Source: Syntrophomonadaceae bacterium (GTDB taxonomy: Bacteria > Bacillota > Dethiobacteria > DTU022). Taken from it: DNA of 64,000 bases. Below, one piece after another: positions 1 to 9,216 of the stretch; the stretch's first letter is position 1; every line of letters starts with the position of its first letter. The translations under genes and the position numbers were made by a program. The notes beneath the pieces are model-generated. The model was not told the DNA's origin. It saw only the letters and a list, made by a program, of their open reading frames with translations, and did no database searches. The stretch lies in assembly GCA_007121075.1 (NCBI GenBank), contig SKMK01000042.1, positions 2,098 through 66,097 of the forward strand, read 5' to 3'.

Positions 1-1
1 A

Positions 2-415
2 GAACTAATCAAGCATATGGGTATTGAAGGGCAAGTAATAGTAAATGAAGACAATCAGAAAATAAAAGTAGAAATATACGGACAGGATGTAGGAAGCCTG
101 ATTGGGCGCAGGGGAAAAACACTGAGTGACATGCAATATTTAATCAGTGTTGTGATTAGAAGACAGTTTTATGAATTAAAGAAAATGATAGTTCTGGATG
201 TTGAGAATTACCGGGAAAGACGTGAAAAAACGCTGGTCCAGCTGGCAAAAAGTGTTGCCAAAAAGGTTAAGGAAGAAGGAATAGAAAAGGAACTGGAACC
301 GATGACCCCGCAGGAAAGAAGGGTAATTCACCTGGCTTTGCAGGATTACCCGGGCGTGACTACGACCAGCCGTGGAGAAGAACCATCTCGGAAAGTGGTA
401 ATTGTTCCACGTTAA
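2..415 (+). CDS. jag: Jag/KhpB-like RNA-binding protein, C-terminal part (KH + R3H); 5' end lies outside the window
   Basis: The frame is open from the window edge. The translation ends in the R3H-like tail ...HLALQDYPGVTTTSRGEEPSRKVVIVPR. Its position directly upstream of mnmE matches the conserved yidC-jag-mnmE order. Confidence 0.7.
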   Translation, partial: ELIKHMGIEGQVIVNEDNQKIKVEIYGQDVGSLIGRRGKTLSDMQYLISVVIRRQFYELKKMIVLDVENYRERREKTLVQLAKSVAKKVKEEGIEKELEPMTPQERRVIHLALQDYPGVTTTSRGEEPSRKVVIVPR

Positions 416-429
416 ACATAACTCCAAGG

Positions 430-457
430 CGCCGCCCCTTGACGGGGCGGTTTTTTA
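430..457 (+). terminator. Rho-independent terminator after jag
   Basis: A GC hairpin ccgcccc-ttga-ggggcgg (432-450) is followed by TTTTTT (451-456). Confidence 0.5.
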
Positions 458-488
458 ATGAAATAAAATGGATTAAAGGGGGCAAAAT

Positions 489-1877
489 ATGACCGATAAT
501 GAAACAATTGCTGCAATAAGCACCCCTCTTGGCGAGGGGGGGATTGGTATAGTGCGTTTAAGCGGGCCGGAAGCATTTCGCTTTGTCGAAAAGATTTTTT
601 ATTGTCAAAACAGAGAACAACCGGATTATCCAAGGCCCCGGTACCTGTACTATGGACATATAAAAGATTTTCAAGGTAGCTTTATTGACGAGGTTCTGGT
701 TTCTTTTATGCCCGCCCCTCAAACTTACACCAGGGAAGACATAGTAGAAATAAACTGTCACAGTGGTATATTTGCCCTTCGCTCAATACAAAAGCTGGTC
801 ATTGAGGCAGGAGCGAGGACGGCAGAACCGGGAGAATTTACAAAAAGGGCTTTTTTGAGTGGCCGGATAGACCTGAGCCAGGCGGAAGCTGTTTTAAACA
901 TGATCAAGGCTCGTTCGGAAGAAGCTGTAAAGGTTGCTGCAAGGGGGTTGCAGGGCGAGTTGATGTGCAAAGTGGAATCTGCCAGAGAAAAAATTATATC
1001 ACTGAGGGCTCCGCTTGAAGCATCTTTTGATTATCCAGAAGAATTTGATGAGGAATTTGACTACAGCATGTTGGAGAGCGGATTGAAAGAAGTAATCGGA
1101 CATTTAGAAGATATGCTTAAGGGTGCAGAGAAAAACAGAGCCTACCAGGAAGGCGTATCTGTGGCAATTATTGGCAAGCCAAATGTGGGCAAATCCTCAC
1201 TGCTAAATGCTCTGTTACAGCATCAAAGGGCGATAGTGCATGAAGTTCCTGGAACGACCCGTGATTTGCTTGAAGGTTATATGAACCTGGGCGGGTACCC
1301 CATCAAACTGGTCGATACTGCCGGCATTCAAAAGACCTGGGATCCGGTGGAAAGGCAGGGCATTGATTTGTCGCGATCAGCAGCAGGGCAGGCCAGGCTG
1401 ATTATAATGGTTTTTGATGGTTCTGACGAATGGTCGCAGGCGGATGAAGAAATTGCTGCAATCAGGCGAACAGATCAGGGTCTAATTGTTGTCATTAATA
1501 AAACAGATCTTGAGCAAAAGTTAAATCCGGAAATGCTCAGAGAACTTTATCCTGAACTGAGTATTATTGAAACCTCCGCTGTTTTAGGTTCTGGGATTAA
1601 AGATTTGGAAGCTGCTGCAATAGCTGAGCTGGATCGAATTTATGGAGCAGAGACAGTCAGCGAAAGCCCTGTTGTGGTCTCGATCAGGCACGAGGAAATA
1701 ATAACCCGGGCCCGGGAGCATTTGGACAATGCCAAGGCAGTGCTGAGGGAGCAGCCCCTGGAAATAGTGAGTATGGAAATGCAAAATGCCTGGGACAAAC
1801 TGGGAGAAATTACTGGAGATACGGTTAACGATGCCCTCCTGGATAAAATATTTAGCGAATTTTGCCTGGGCAAGTAA
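489..1877 (+). CDS. mnmE: tRNA modification GTPase MnmE (TrmE)
   Basis: 462 aa with the G-domain motifs GKPNVGKSS and DTAG and a C-terminal ...CLGK end typical of MnmE. SD aaaggggg precedes the ATG. Confidence 0.9.
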   Translation: MTDNETIAAISTPLGEGGIGIVRLSGPEAFRFVEKIFYCQNREQPDYPRPRYLYYGHIKDFQGSFIDEVLVSFMPAPQTYTREDIVEINCHSGIFALRSIQKLVIEAGARTAEPGEFTKRAFLSGRIDLSQAEAVLNMIKARSEEAVKVAARGLQGELMCKVESAREKIISLRAPLEASFDYPEEFDEEFDYSMLESGLKEVIGHLEDMLKGAEKNRAYQEGVSVAIIGKPNVGKSSLLNALLQHQRAIVHEVPGTTRDLLEGYMNLGGYPIKLVDTAGIQKTWDPVERQGIDLSRSAAGQARLIIMVFDGSDEWSQADEEIAAIRRTDQGLIVVINKTDLEQKLNPEMLRELYPELSIIETSAVLGSGIKDLEAAAIAELDRIYGAETVSESPVVVSIRHEEIITRAREHLDNAKAVLREQPLEIVSMEMQNAWDKLGEITGDTVNDALLDKIFSEFCLGK

Positions 1878-1909
1878 TTATACGATGAATAAAAGGAGCA
1901 GGAGAAAGC

Positions 1910-2635
1910 ATGTCTGAACAAGTTCGCGATACAGTCGAAGATATGTTTAAAACCCTGAACCTGAAAAATGGTGATGCCCGGCAAAAGGAAACTATTACAA
2001 AGTACATATTATTGATTCTGGAATGGCTTCAGATAGTGAGGCTGACCGGGGAAAAAAATGCAGATGGTATTATATGGCAGCAAGTATACGATTCGCTTTA
2101 TCTATTAAAACTAACAGATCTGAACAAGGGGCTCGAGGTTATAGATCTTGGCAGCGGCGGTGGTCTGCCGGGGATACCATTAAAAATTTGCAGGCCCGGG
2201 ATAAAAATGTACCTGATGGATTCCAGCAAAAAAAAGGCCAGTTTTTTGAAAGAAGCTATCGAAAGGCTTGGCTTGAATGATACTTATATATTATGCGGCA
2301 GAGCAGAAGAATTTGGAAAGAACAAGGATTACAGGGAACAATATGACCTGGTTGTATGTAAGGCTGTTGCAGAAATGGCAGCATTGATCGAACTTGCTTT
2401 ACCGCTCTTAAAGCTTGAAGGCAGAGCACTGATATATAAGGGGCCGCGGGGAAAAGAAGAAGCAGAAGAAGCTAAAAGAGCATTGGAAATATGCGGTGGA
2501 CGGATTAGTGGGGAATGGCAATATAATTTGTCAGGTGGTCAAAGTAGATCTTTATACGAAATAAAAAAGGAATCTTTTACGCCCCATAAATACCCGCGCC
2601 GGCCCGGGGTGCCGGAGCGCAAGCCTATTAATTAA
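1910..2635 (+). CDS. rsmG: 16S rRNA (guanine527-N7)-methyltransferase RsmG (GidB)
   Basis: 241 aa with the SAM-binding motif DLGSGGGLPGIPL. In canonical gene order it sits downstream of mnmE, but here no mnmG lies between them. Confidence 0.9.
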   Translation: MSEQVRDTVEDMFKTLNLKNGDARQKETITKYILLILEWLQIVRLTGEKNADGIIWQQVYDSLYLLKLTDLNKGLEVIDLGSGGGLPGIPLKICRPGIKMYLMDSSKKKASFLKEAIERLGLNDTYILCGRAEEFGKNKDYREQYDLVVCKAVAEMAALIELALPLLKLEGRALIYKGPRGKEEAEEAKRALEICGGRISGEWQYNLSGGQSRSLYEIKKESFTPHKYPRRPGVPERKPIN

Positions 2636-2765
2636 AAGGCATACAAAGAACCGGGATTCCGGTAACACAAAATACTGTCTAAATTAATTTGTTAGAAGGA
2701 AAGAATCAACCACTGTCAAAATTAAAGGAAAGGGAAAGTAGCCCTAAAAAAGGAATGTTGGCATT

Positions 2766-3623
2766 ATGACAAAAAATTGGAATCAGCAAATGTCTGCTGC
2801 AGAGATTGAACCGTCGACCGACAAAGTTCTGGCTATTGATATTGATCGGATCAAAGCTAATCCATTTCAACCAAGACGGGAAATTGCGCAGGAAAAAATA
2901 GAAGAACTGGCCCAATCAATCAAAGCATCCGGCTTGATTCAGCCAATAGTGGTTCGCAGGGCAGGAAACGGATATCAGCTGGTTGTAGGCGAACGCCGGT
3001 TATTGGCTTGCAAAAGGCTGGGCTGGAGGAAGATCTCGGCAGCAGTAAAGACTTTAACCGATAATGACATGGCTACAACTGCCTTGATAGAAAATTTACA
3101 AAGAGAAAATCTAAATATAATTGAAGAAGCAAACGGTTATGTAAGCCTGATGAAAAATTTTAATTTAACCCAGGAAATACTGGCGCAGAGATTGGGTAAA
3201 AGCCAGTCCACAATAGCCAATAAAATCAGGCTGCTGAAACTACCGGATTCTGTCCGTAGAAAACTCCAGGAAAATAACCTGACAGAGAGACATGCCCGGG
3301 CCCTGCTTAGACTTGATTCAGAGGAACAACAGTTAAAAGTAATTGAAGAAGTTAAGCAGAAAGGCCTCACAGTCAGCCAGTTGGAAAAGAAGCTTGGAAA
3401 AATGAATGCCGGCAAGGGTGGACGAAGGAAAGTAAAAGGCTCAAAGCCAGTGATCAGAGATATGCGAATTGTCTTAAACACTATTCGGGAAGCAATCGCT
3501 GTAATTCAAAGTTCAGGTTTTTACCCTGAAATTGATGAAACGGTTGAACCAGACTATATCGAAGTAAACATCAAGCTGACCAGGGATATGATCGAAAATA
3601 GAAACATAAAGGACAATGGTTAA
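2766..3623 (+). CDS. noc: ParB-family protein, probable nucleoid occlusion protein Noc
   Basis: 285 aa with the ParB N-terminal motif (IQPIVVRR...GERR) and a HTH region. It occupies the slot between rsmG and parA exactly as noc does in Bacillus. The Noc versus second-ParB call rests on position only. Confidence 0.6.
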   Translation: MTKNWNQQMSAAEIEPSTDKVLAIDIDRIKANPFQPRREIAQEKIEELAQSIKASGLIQPIVVRRAGNGYQLVVGERRLLACKRLGWRKISAAVKTLTDNDMATTALIENLQRENLNIIEEANGYVSLMKNFNLTQEILAQRLGKSQSTIANKIRLLKLPDSVRRKLQENNLTERHARALLRLDSEEQQLKVIEEVKQKGLTVSQLEKKLGKMNAGKGGRRKVKGSKPVIRDMRIVLNTIREAIAVIQSSGFYPEIDETVEPDYIEVNIKLTRDMIENRNIKDNG

Positions 3624-3662
3624 GTTAAAATAACAGTAAAAGATTGTGAGGAGAGGTTTAAA

Positions 3663-4442
3663 ATGGCCCGGGTAATTGCATTAGCTAACCAGAAAGGCGG
3701 CGTAGGAAAAACAACAACAGCAATAAATCTCGGCGCCTCACTGGCAAAAATGGGAGAAAAAGTCCTGCTTATCGATATTGATCCCCAGGGGAATGCCACC
3801 AGCGGTGTTGGCTTGGACAGACAGAACATGAAAACATGCATCTATAATACCCTGATTGAAGACCATCCATTGAAAAAGATCATTATGCCTACCCGCTGGG
3901 AAAACTTAATGCTGGCTCCGGCAACCATCCAGCTGGCCGGGGCTGAGATAGAACTGGTTTCTGTGGTTTCACGTGAAGAAAAGCTAAAACAGGCCCTGAA
4001 GCCGGTGACAAACGAATATGACTTCATAATTATTGATTGCCCGCCTTCTCTTGGACTTCTTACTCTCAATGCGCTTAATGCAGCACATGGCGTCCTGATC
4101 CCGATTCAATGCGAATACTATGCCCTGGAAGGATTGGGCCAGCTTATGAATACCATTAACCTGGTCAGAAAGCACCTAAATGAGAATCTCACCATTGAAG
4201 GAGTGCTTTTAACCATGTATGATATACGTACAAATTTGTCTGAACAGGTTGCGGAAGAAGTCAGGAATTATTTTAAACAGTATGTTTATAATACAATAAT
4301 ACCCCGAAACATTCGGTTAAGTGAAGCTCCCAGTTATGGCCAGCATATCCTTGAATATGATCCGCGAAGCAAGGGAGCTATACTTCATCTATCTTTGGCC
4401 CGGGAGGTTTTGGAAAATGGCAGAAAAGAAACGTCTGGGTAG
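3663..4442 (+). CDS. parA: Chromosome partitioning ATPase ParA/Soj
   Basis: 259 aa with the deviant Walker A motif KGGVGKTTT. It is followed by parB. Confidence 0.9.
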   Translation: MARVIALANQKGGVGKTTTAINLGASLAKMGEKVLLIDIDPQGNATSGVGLDRQNMKTCIYNTLIEDHPLKKIIMPTRWENLMLAPATIQLAGAEIELVSVVSREEKLKQALKPVTNEYDFIIIDCPPSLGLLTLNALNAAHGVLIPIQCEYYALEGLGQLMNTINLVRKHLNENLTIEGVLLTMYDIRTNLSEQVAEEVRNYFKQYVYNTIIPRNIRLSEAPSYGQHILEYDPRSKGAILHLSLAREVLENGRKETSG

Positions 4443-5292
4443 AGGGCTGGGGGCGCTAATACCGGAGGTAATGGATGATTCATCCGAAACAAACGAAATA
4501 CCCCTGGATCGGATCAACCCCAACCCCTATCAACCTCGCCGCGATTTCGATGATGAAAAACTTAAAGAGCTCACTGCTTCTATAAAAGAGCACGGAGTCT
4601 TACAGGCAGTGGTTTTGTCGCCAGATCCAGATGAGGAAGGAAAAAATTACACGCTGGTGGCGGGAGAAAGACGCTGCCGGGCCGCCAGGCAGGCAGGGCT
4701 GAAAACGATACCAGCTGTCATTAAATCTGTTGATCGAAAAACAATGCTGGAAGTAGCCCTGATCGAAAATTTGCAGCGGGAAGATTTAAACCCTGTTGAA
4801 GAAGCAATGGCTTATAAAAGATTGATGCAGGAGCACAATTATACCCAGGAAGAGTTGGCCCGCCGGTTGGGGCGAAGCAGGCCTTCGATTGCCAACAGCG
4901 TCAGGCTGCTGGGATTGCCGGATACAATTCTTGATTATCTTGCGGAGCACGAAATGACTTCCGGACAGGCCCGCCCTTTGCTGGCATTAATCGATCAGCA
5001 AAAACAAGAAGATGCCGCCAGGAAAATTATGAAGGAAGGCCTTTCCGCCCGGGAAGCGGAAAAACTGGTTTCAAAGATTAACAGCCCTGGCGAAAACAAA
5101 AAACATGAAAAACAGGATCAGGAAATGGTTCAAGATCCACTGCAGGCCGAGCTTCAATTGCAGCTACAGCGGGCCCTTGGGACAAAAGTAAAGATTAAGC
5201 CTGGTAAAAGCGGAGGTATAATTGAGGTTTTTTATTACGGAGAAGAAGATCTTGAAAGACTTGTGTCTAAGATTTTGCCTGAGGGAATCTAG
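4417..5292 (+). CDS. parB: Chromosome partitioning protein ParB/Spo0J
   Basis: The ParB box GERR is present. The in-frame ATG at 4417 (MAEKKRLGRGLGALIP, the typical ParB N-terminus) overlaps the parA stop by 26 nt. The track ORF start at 4321 lies inside parA and was rejected. Confidence 0.85.
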   Translation: MAEKKRLGRGLGALIPEVMDDSSETNEIPLDRINPNPYQPRRDFDDEKLKELTASIKEHGVLQAVVLSPDPDEEGKNYTLVAGERRCRAARQAGLKTIPAVIKSVDRKTMLEVALIENLQREDLNPVEEAMAYKRLMQEHNYTQEELARRLGRSRPSIANSVRLLGLPDTILDYLAEHEMTSGQARPLLALIDQQKQEDAARKIMKEGLSAREAEKLVSKINSPGENKKHEKQDQEMVQDPLQAELQLQLQRALGTKVKIKPGKSGGIIEVFYYGEEDLERLVSKILPEGI

Positions 5293-5297
5293 ATAAA

Positions 5298-5313
5298 TGT
5301 TTCACGTGAAACT
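5298..5313. promoter_or_regulatory. parS centromere-like site
   Basis: tgtttcacgtgaaact matches 15/16 of the Firmicutes parS consensus TGTTNCACGTGAAACA. It lies 6 bp after the parB stop. Confidence 0.8.
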
Positions 5314-5389
5314 TTATTGTTGCTCCAAAGAAAGACTGTTTTGCACAGCAGTGCCTGGATCCAGGACTAAAAAGCCGTCTTTTTGCTTG

Positions 5390-5419
5390 TTTGTCCAGGC
5401 TGGATCAGGTGTGTTATAA
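5390..5419 (+). promoter_or_regulatory. Sigma-A-like promoter for the M23 peptidase/bactofilin unit
   Basis: ttgtcc-N17/18-TGtTATAAT (extended -10). Confidence 0.4.
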
Positions 5420-5546
5420 TTGATAAGCGATTTTTATCGGGGGAGAATGCCTGCAGTGGTGTTTTAATATCGCCCGATTTTTTAACGGTAAGTTTTGAGC
5501 AGGCAATTTAGGACGCTAACCTTTGGTCAAGGAGTAGTTGCACGTT

Positions 5547-6524
5547 ATGTCATCGAACAAGGAAAAGCGCTGTTTTACAATTATGATCGTGCCTCATTCT
5601 GAGGAGGCCACTTACAGCCTGCGCATTCCGCTTTTTGTTGTGCAGATTGCCGTTGGTTTGCTGGTCCTTGGTGTTGCCGGTTTTAGTGCCCTGGGCTATG
5701 CTTATTTGAAAGCGGCGGCTGAGGCCCAGGAGACTCAGGCTCTCAGGGAGTTAAACCGAGTCCAGCAGGAAGAAATCGATTCCCTGGCTATTGAAACAGA
5801 AAGAATGATTGAGCAGCTGCATGACGTTGATGAATTGGTAAAATTTGTTACAGAGAAGCTCGAACTGGAAGAAGAAGAAGTGGATGAAGTCTTGGAGGAC
5901 CAATCTGGCTCCAATTCTAATCCTAACCGGTCTGCAACAAATGGCTATGCTTACAACACTAACCCACAGTTTCATGATGGTGTGGGCCCGCTGGCTTACG
6001 AACGCCCCTACGATCAGGGCTCCTCTGGCGGGGGACTCCTGGAAAGGACAGCCGGTAATATTGAAGTGCTTAAAAATATAGTCCCGGAACGCTCGGACAC
6101 CCTTGACCTGCTTGGCGAGTACGCTGAAAGAGCAAAAGCCAAGCCCTCTATCTGGCCGGCAAGGGGCCGAATTACTTCCGGTTATGGTATGAGGTCAATT
6201 CCATATAGCAGTGGATACCAGTTTCACACGGGTATTGATATAATTGGTTCAAGAGGCTCACCAATCTGGGCTACTGCTGATGGAAAAGTTGCTTTTTCCG
6301 GTTACCGGGGCAGTTTAGGGAACCTGTTAATTATTGATCACGGTTATAACTATGAAACCTATTATGCTCATCTTTCCGAGTTTGCTGTTAACAAGGGAGA
6401 TAACGTTGAAAAGGGAGAAACAATCGGTTATATGGGCGCCTCAGGCAGAACAACCGGCGTCCATTTGCACTATGAAGTCCACTATGAAGGATTGCCGGTA
6501 AATCCAGAACGGTATTTAGACTAG
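5547..6524 (+). CDS. M23 (LytM) family metallopeptidase with N-terminal TM helix and coiled-coil
   Basis: The TM segment is LFVVQIAVGLLVLGVAGF, followed by a coiled-coil. The C-terminal M23 domain carries HTGIDI (HxxxD) and HLHYEVH (HxH). The ATG at 5547 follows aaggag (TTG 5538 is an alternative). Confidence 0.8.
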   Translation: MSSNKEKRCFTIMIVPHSEEATYSLRIPLFVVQIAVGLLVLGVAGFSALGYAYLKAAAEAQETQALRELNRVQQEEIDSLAIETERMIEQLHDVDELVKFVTEKLELEEEEVDEVLEDQSGSNSNPNRSATNGYAYNTNPQFHDGVGPLAYERPYDQGSSGGGLLERTAGNIEVLKNIVPERSDTLDLLGEYAERAKAKPSIWPARGRITSGYGMRSIPYSSGYQFHTGIDIIGSRGSPIWATADGKVAFSGYRGSLGNLLIIDHGYNYETYYAHLSEFAVNKGDNVEKGETIGYMGASGRTTGVHLHYEVHYEGLPVNPERYLD

Positions 6525-6548
6525 TTGTTGGAAAAGGAGGAAAAGGGA

Positions 6549-7025
6549 TTGTTTAAAAAAGATAACATGGAAATCCCGTCTGACAAAGTGAATACGATTA
6601 TAGGCAAGGATACTTCTTTTAATGGAACCATTAACGGTACAGGTTTGATCCGCATCGATGGTGAAGCCGAAGGAACTATAATAAACCAGGGCGATGTGGT
6701 AGTTGGTGAAGGTGGCCGGGCTTCCGTCGAAATGAAGGCCCGCAATATAACCATTGCCGGTCAATTTGAAGGTACTCTCGAAGCGAAAGGAAAATTGGAG
6801 GTAAAAAGAACCGGGAATGCAACCGGGACTTTCAAGGCTAATGTATTGTCGATTGAAGAAGGGGCTGTCCTTTCAGGGACAATGGAAATGCAAGGCAAAG
6901 AAAAAGCTGGAGAAAGCCAGCCCTCAAAAGAGAAAAGTTACAGTCCTTTTGATACAGGACAACCCGGTGCCAGCAAATCGCAGGGTTCTCTTGGTGAAGG
7001 AACTTCAAAAGAGAAGGCTCTGTAG
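6549..7025 (+). CDS. Bactofilin (CcmA-like polymer-forming cytoskeletal protein)
   Basis: The beta-helical repeat pattern (IGKDTSFNGTINGTGLIRIDGEAEGTI...) is typical of DUF583/bactofilin and is followed by a disordered K/E/S-rich tail. The TTG at 6549 is 8 nt after GGAGG; the track start at 6525 is also possible. Confidence 0.75.
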   Translation: MFKKDNMEIPSDKVNTIIGKDTSFNGTINGTGLIRIDGEAEGTIINQGDVVVGEGGRASVEMKARNITIAGQFEGTLEAKGKLEVKRTGNATGTFKANVLSIEEGAVLSGTMEMQGKEKAGESQPSKEKSYSPFDTGQPGASKSQGSLGEGTSKEKAL

Positions 7026-7065
7026 AGGGCCTGAAATTTAATTGGATCAAAAGGTATTAAGAATC

Positions 7066-7100
7066 ACAGGAAGCAGATCATGGTGCTTCCTGTTTTCTTA
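7066..7100 (+). terminator. Rho-independent terminator after bactofilin
   Basis: A 10-bp stem acaggaagca/tgcttcctgt with an 8-nt loop is followed by a T-run. Confidence 0.55.
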
Positions 7101-7234
7101 TTTGATAATGACAGCTTTTTAACTGATTTTTATCAACCCCGGCAGGAATTAGAAGCAAAAAGAAGAAATTTAGTAATTCGTATTCTTTAAAGCAAGAATC
7201 TAAATAATTTAGAATTGAAAAGCGAGGTATTGAC

Positions 7235-7882
7235 ATGCTGATAATTCTTTTAGGGCCGCCTGGAGCAGGCAAAGGAACACAAGCAGAAAAGATCATTCAG
7301 AAGTTTAACCTTGTATATATTTCAACTGGAGACATTCTAAGGAAGGCGGTAAAAGAGGGATCCGCCCTGGGCCGCAAAGCGCGTGAGTATATGGATCAGG
7401 GCCAGCTGGTGCCTGATAATTTGGTAGTTGAAATAGTCAGAGACAGGTTAATGGAGCCTGACTGCGCCAATGGGGCGCTCCTTGACGGATTTCCCCGGAC
7501 GGTTGATCAGGCTGTATTCCTGGAGCAGGTTCTGCCTGACATTGATAAAAAAGTAGACAGGGTTTTGCTAATTGAAGTTGATGAAAATGAATTAATAGAA
7601 AGGCTCACTGGAAGAAGAGTCTGCGGTGATTGTGGAGCAAACTACCATGTTAAATACAAGCCGCCTAAAGTTCGCAATGTTTGTGATCAGTGTGGAGGGG
7701 ATCTTTACCAGCGAGAAGATGATACACTGGCGACGGTTACTGAAAGGCTCGAAGTATATAAACGACAAACCGAACCCCTGGTTGAGTTTTACCAGGAAAG
7801 AGGTTTGCTCAGTTCTATTGATGGGAACCAGGACATAGACGATGTTTTTGATCAAATCAACAGTGTTTTGGAGGATCTTTAA
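7235..7882 (+). CDS. adk: Adenylate kinase
   Basis: 215 aa with the P-loop GPPGAGKGTQ and a zinc lid CGDCG...CDQCGG. Confidence 0.9.
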   Translation: MLIILLGPPGAGKGTQAEKIIQKFNLVYISTGDILRKAVKEGSALGRKAREYMDQGQLVPDNLVVEIVRDRLMEPDCANGALLDGFPRTVDQAVFLEQVLPDIDKKVDRVLLIEVDENELIERLTGRRVCGDCGANYHVKYKPPKVRNVCDQCGGDLYQREDDTLATVTERLEVYKRQTEPLVEFYQERGLLSSIDGNQDIDDVFDQINSVLEDL

Positions 7883-7901
7883 ATACTGGTGGTTAACGAA
7901 A

Positions 7902-8108
7902 ATGGCTGATTTTCAGGTTGGGCAATTAATCCAGATGAAAAAAGGGCACCCTTGTGGATCTAATCGTTGGCGGATAATCAGAATAGGGATGGATTTTAGG
8001 ATAAAATGTGTTAACTGCGGGCGCAGCGTATTAATACCTCGATCCAGATTTGAGCGCCGTGTAAAATATATTTTTTCAGAATCCGGCAGCGAATCTGAGT
8101 CAACTTAA
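7902..8108 (+). CDS. DUF951-family small protein (YyzM-like)
   Basis: The translation MADFQVGQLIQMKKGHPCGSNRWRIIRIGMDFRIKCVNCGRSVLIPRSRFERRVK matches the DUF951 pattern, and the gene sits in the conserved position upstream of ychF. The ATG at 7902 was chosen over the longer track ORF. Confidence 0.55.
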   Translation: MADFQVGQLIQMKKGHPCGSNRWRIIRIGMDFRIKCVNCGRSVLIPRSRFERRVKYIFSESGSESEST

Positions 8109-8124
8109 TCAGGGAGGTTAGGCT

Positions 8125-9186
8125 ATGGCCTGGAGCTGTGGTATTGTGGGGTTGCCAAATGCAGGCAAATCGACAATGTTTAAAGCCCTGACGGCGCTCG
8201 ATATTACCATAGAAAGCTATCCATTTTCTACAATAGATCCCAATAAAGCTATTGTACCCCTTCCTGATCAAAGGTTAAATGCTCTGGCTGAAATGTGCAC
8301 ATTCGAGAAAGTCACCCCTGCAGCCATTGAAATTTTTGATGTAGCCGGGCTCGTCAAAGGCGCCAGCCGGGGCGAAGGTCTCGGAAACCAGTTCCTGGGG
8401 CACTTAAGAGATGTGGATCTGCTTATTCATGTGATAGCCGGATTTGACCTGTTTCCCGAAGACAGTGAAACACCACTGTCACGGATGGAGACAGTGAACC
8501 TGGAGCTGTGCCTGGCCGATCTGGAAGTATTAACTAGAAGGCGCCAAAAAGTTGAACCAAAGCTAAAAAGCGGCGACAAGGTCGCTGAAAGAGAACTGGA
8601 AGTGCTCAATAACCTGGAAGACCACCTGAATCGGGGATTATTTTTGCGTGATTTAGAGTTTTCCAAAGAAGAGAAAACTGCGGTAGATCAGCTTCCCTTG
8701 CTGACCCTAAAAAAAATGGTTTATGTATATAACCTTGATGAAGAATTATTTTTGGATCCCGACCTGTCTTTTTTCCCCCCGGAAAGCCCGGTTGTGCCTG
8801 TATGTGCAGGACTTGAAGCAGAGCTTACAGAGCTGCCCGGAGAAGAAAGAAGCACATTTTTGGAAGCATATGGGATCAACGAGAGCAGGACGGAAAAACT
8901 GCTGAGCGAATGTTATAATCATCTGGGGCTTTCAACTTTTTACACTGTCAAAGGCGATGAAGCCAGGGCCTGGGTGGTGCCGGCTGGCATCAGGGCCGTA
9001 GAAGCAGCCGGAAAAGTACATACTGATATGGAGCGCGGTTTTATTAACGTGGAGGTCATATCCTGGGATTTGCTGCTTTCTGAAGGAAGCTTGACCCGGG
9101 CCCGCGATAAAGGCCTGGCCAGAGTTGAAGGGCGAGACTACCCTGTGGAAGATGGCGACGTCCTTTTTTTTAGATTCCGCCAATGA
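8125..9186 (+). CDS. ychF: Ribosome-binding ATPase YchF (Obg-family)
   Basis: 353 aa with the N-terminus GIVGLPNAGKSTMFKALT and a C-terminal TGS-like region ending VEDGDVLFFRF. Confidence 0.9.
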   Translation: MAWSCGIVGLPNAGKSTMFKALTALDITIESYPFSTIDPNKAIVPLPDQRLNALAEMCTFEKVTPAAIEIFDVAGLVKGASRGEGLGNQFLGHLRDVDLLIHVIAGFDLFPEDSETPLSRMETVNLELCLADLEVLTRRRQKVEPKLKSGDKVAERELEVLNNLEDHLNRGLFLRDLEFSKEEKTAVDQLPLLTLKKMVYVYNLDEELFLDPDLSFFPPESPVVPVCAGLEAELTELPGEERSTFLEAYGINESRTEKLLSECYNHLGLSTFYTVKGDEARAWVVPAGIRAVEAAGKVHTDMERGFINVEVISWDLLLSEGSLTRARDKGLARVEGRDYPVEDGDVLFFRFRQ

Positions 9187-9216
9187 GAAGCAGTGAGAAG
9201 GGCAGGTTGATCTGCT

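Noticed and set aside
2023-2280. 85-aa ORF in an alternative frame of rsmG
   Set aside because: It is fully nested in rsmG on the same strand with no RBS. It is an overlapping-frame artefact.
3960-3976. Second parS-like sequence ggtttcacgtgaagaa inside parA
   Set aside because: Only about 13/16 match to the parS consensus. It could be a weak site but does not reach the confidence of the site at 5298.
8767-8782. ttttccccccggaaag resembling a Noc-binding site (ATTTCCCGGGAAAT)
   Set aside because: It has two extra C residues and lies inside ychF coding sequence. It is not a convincing NBS.
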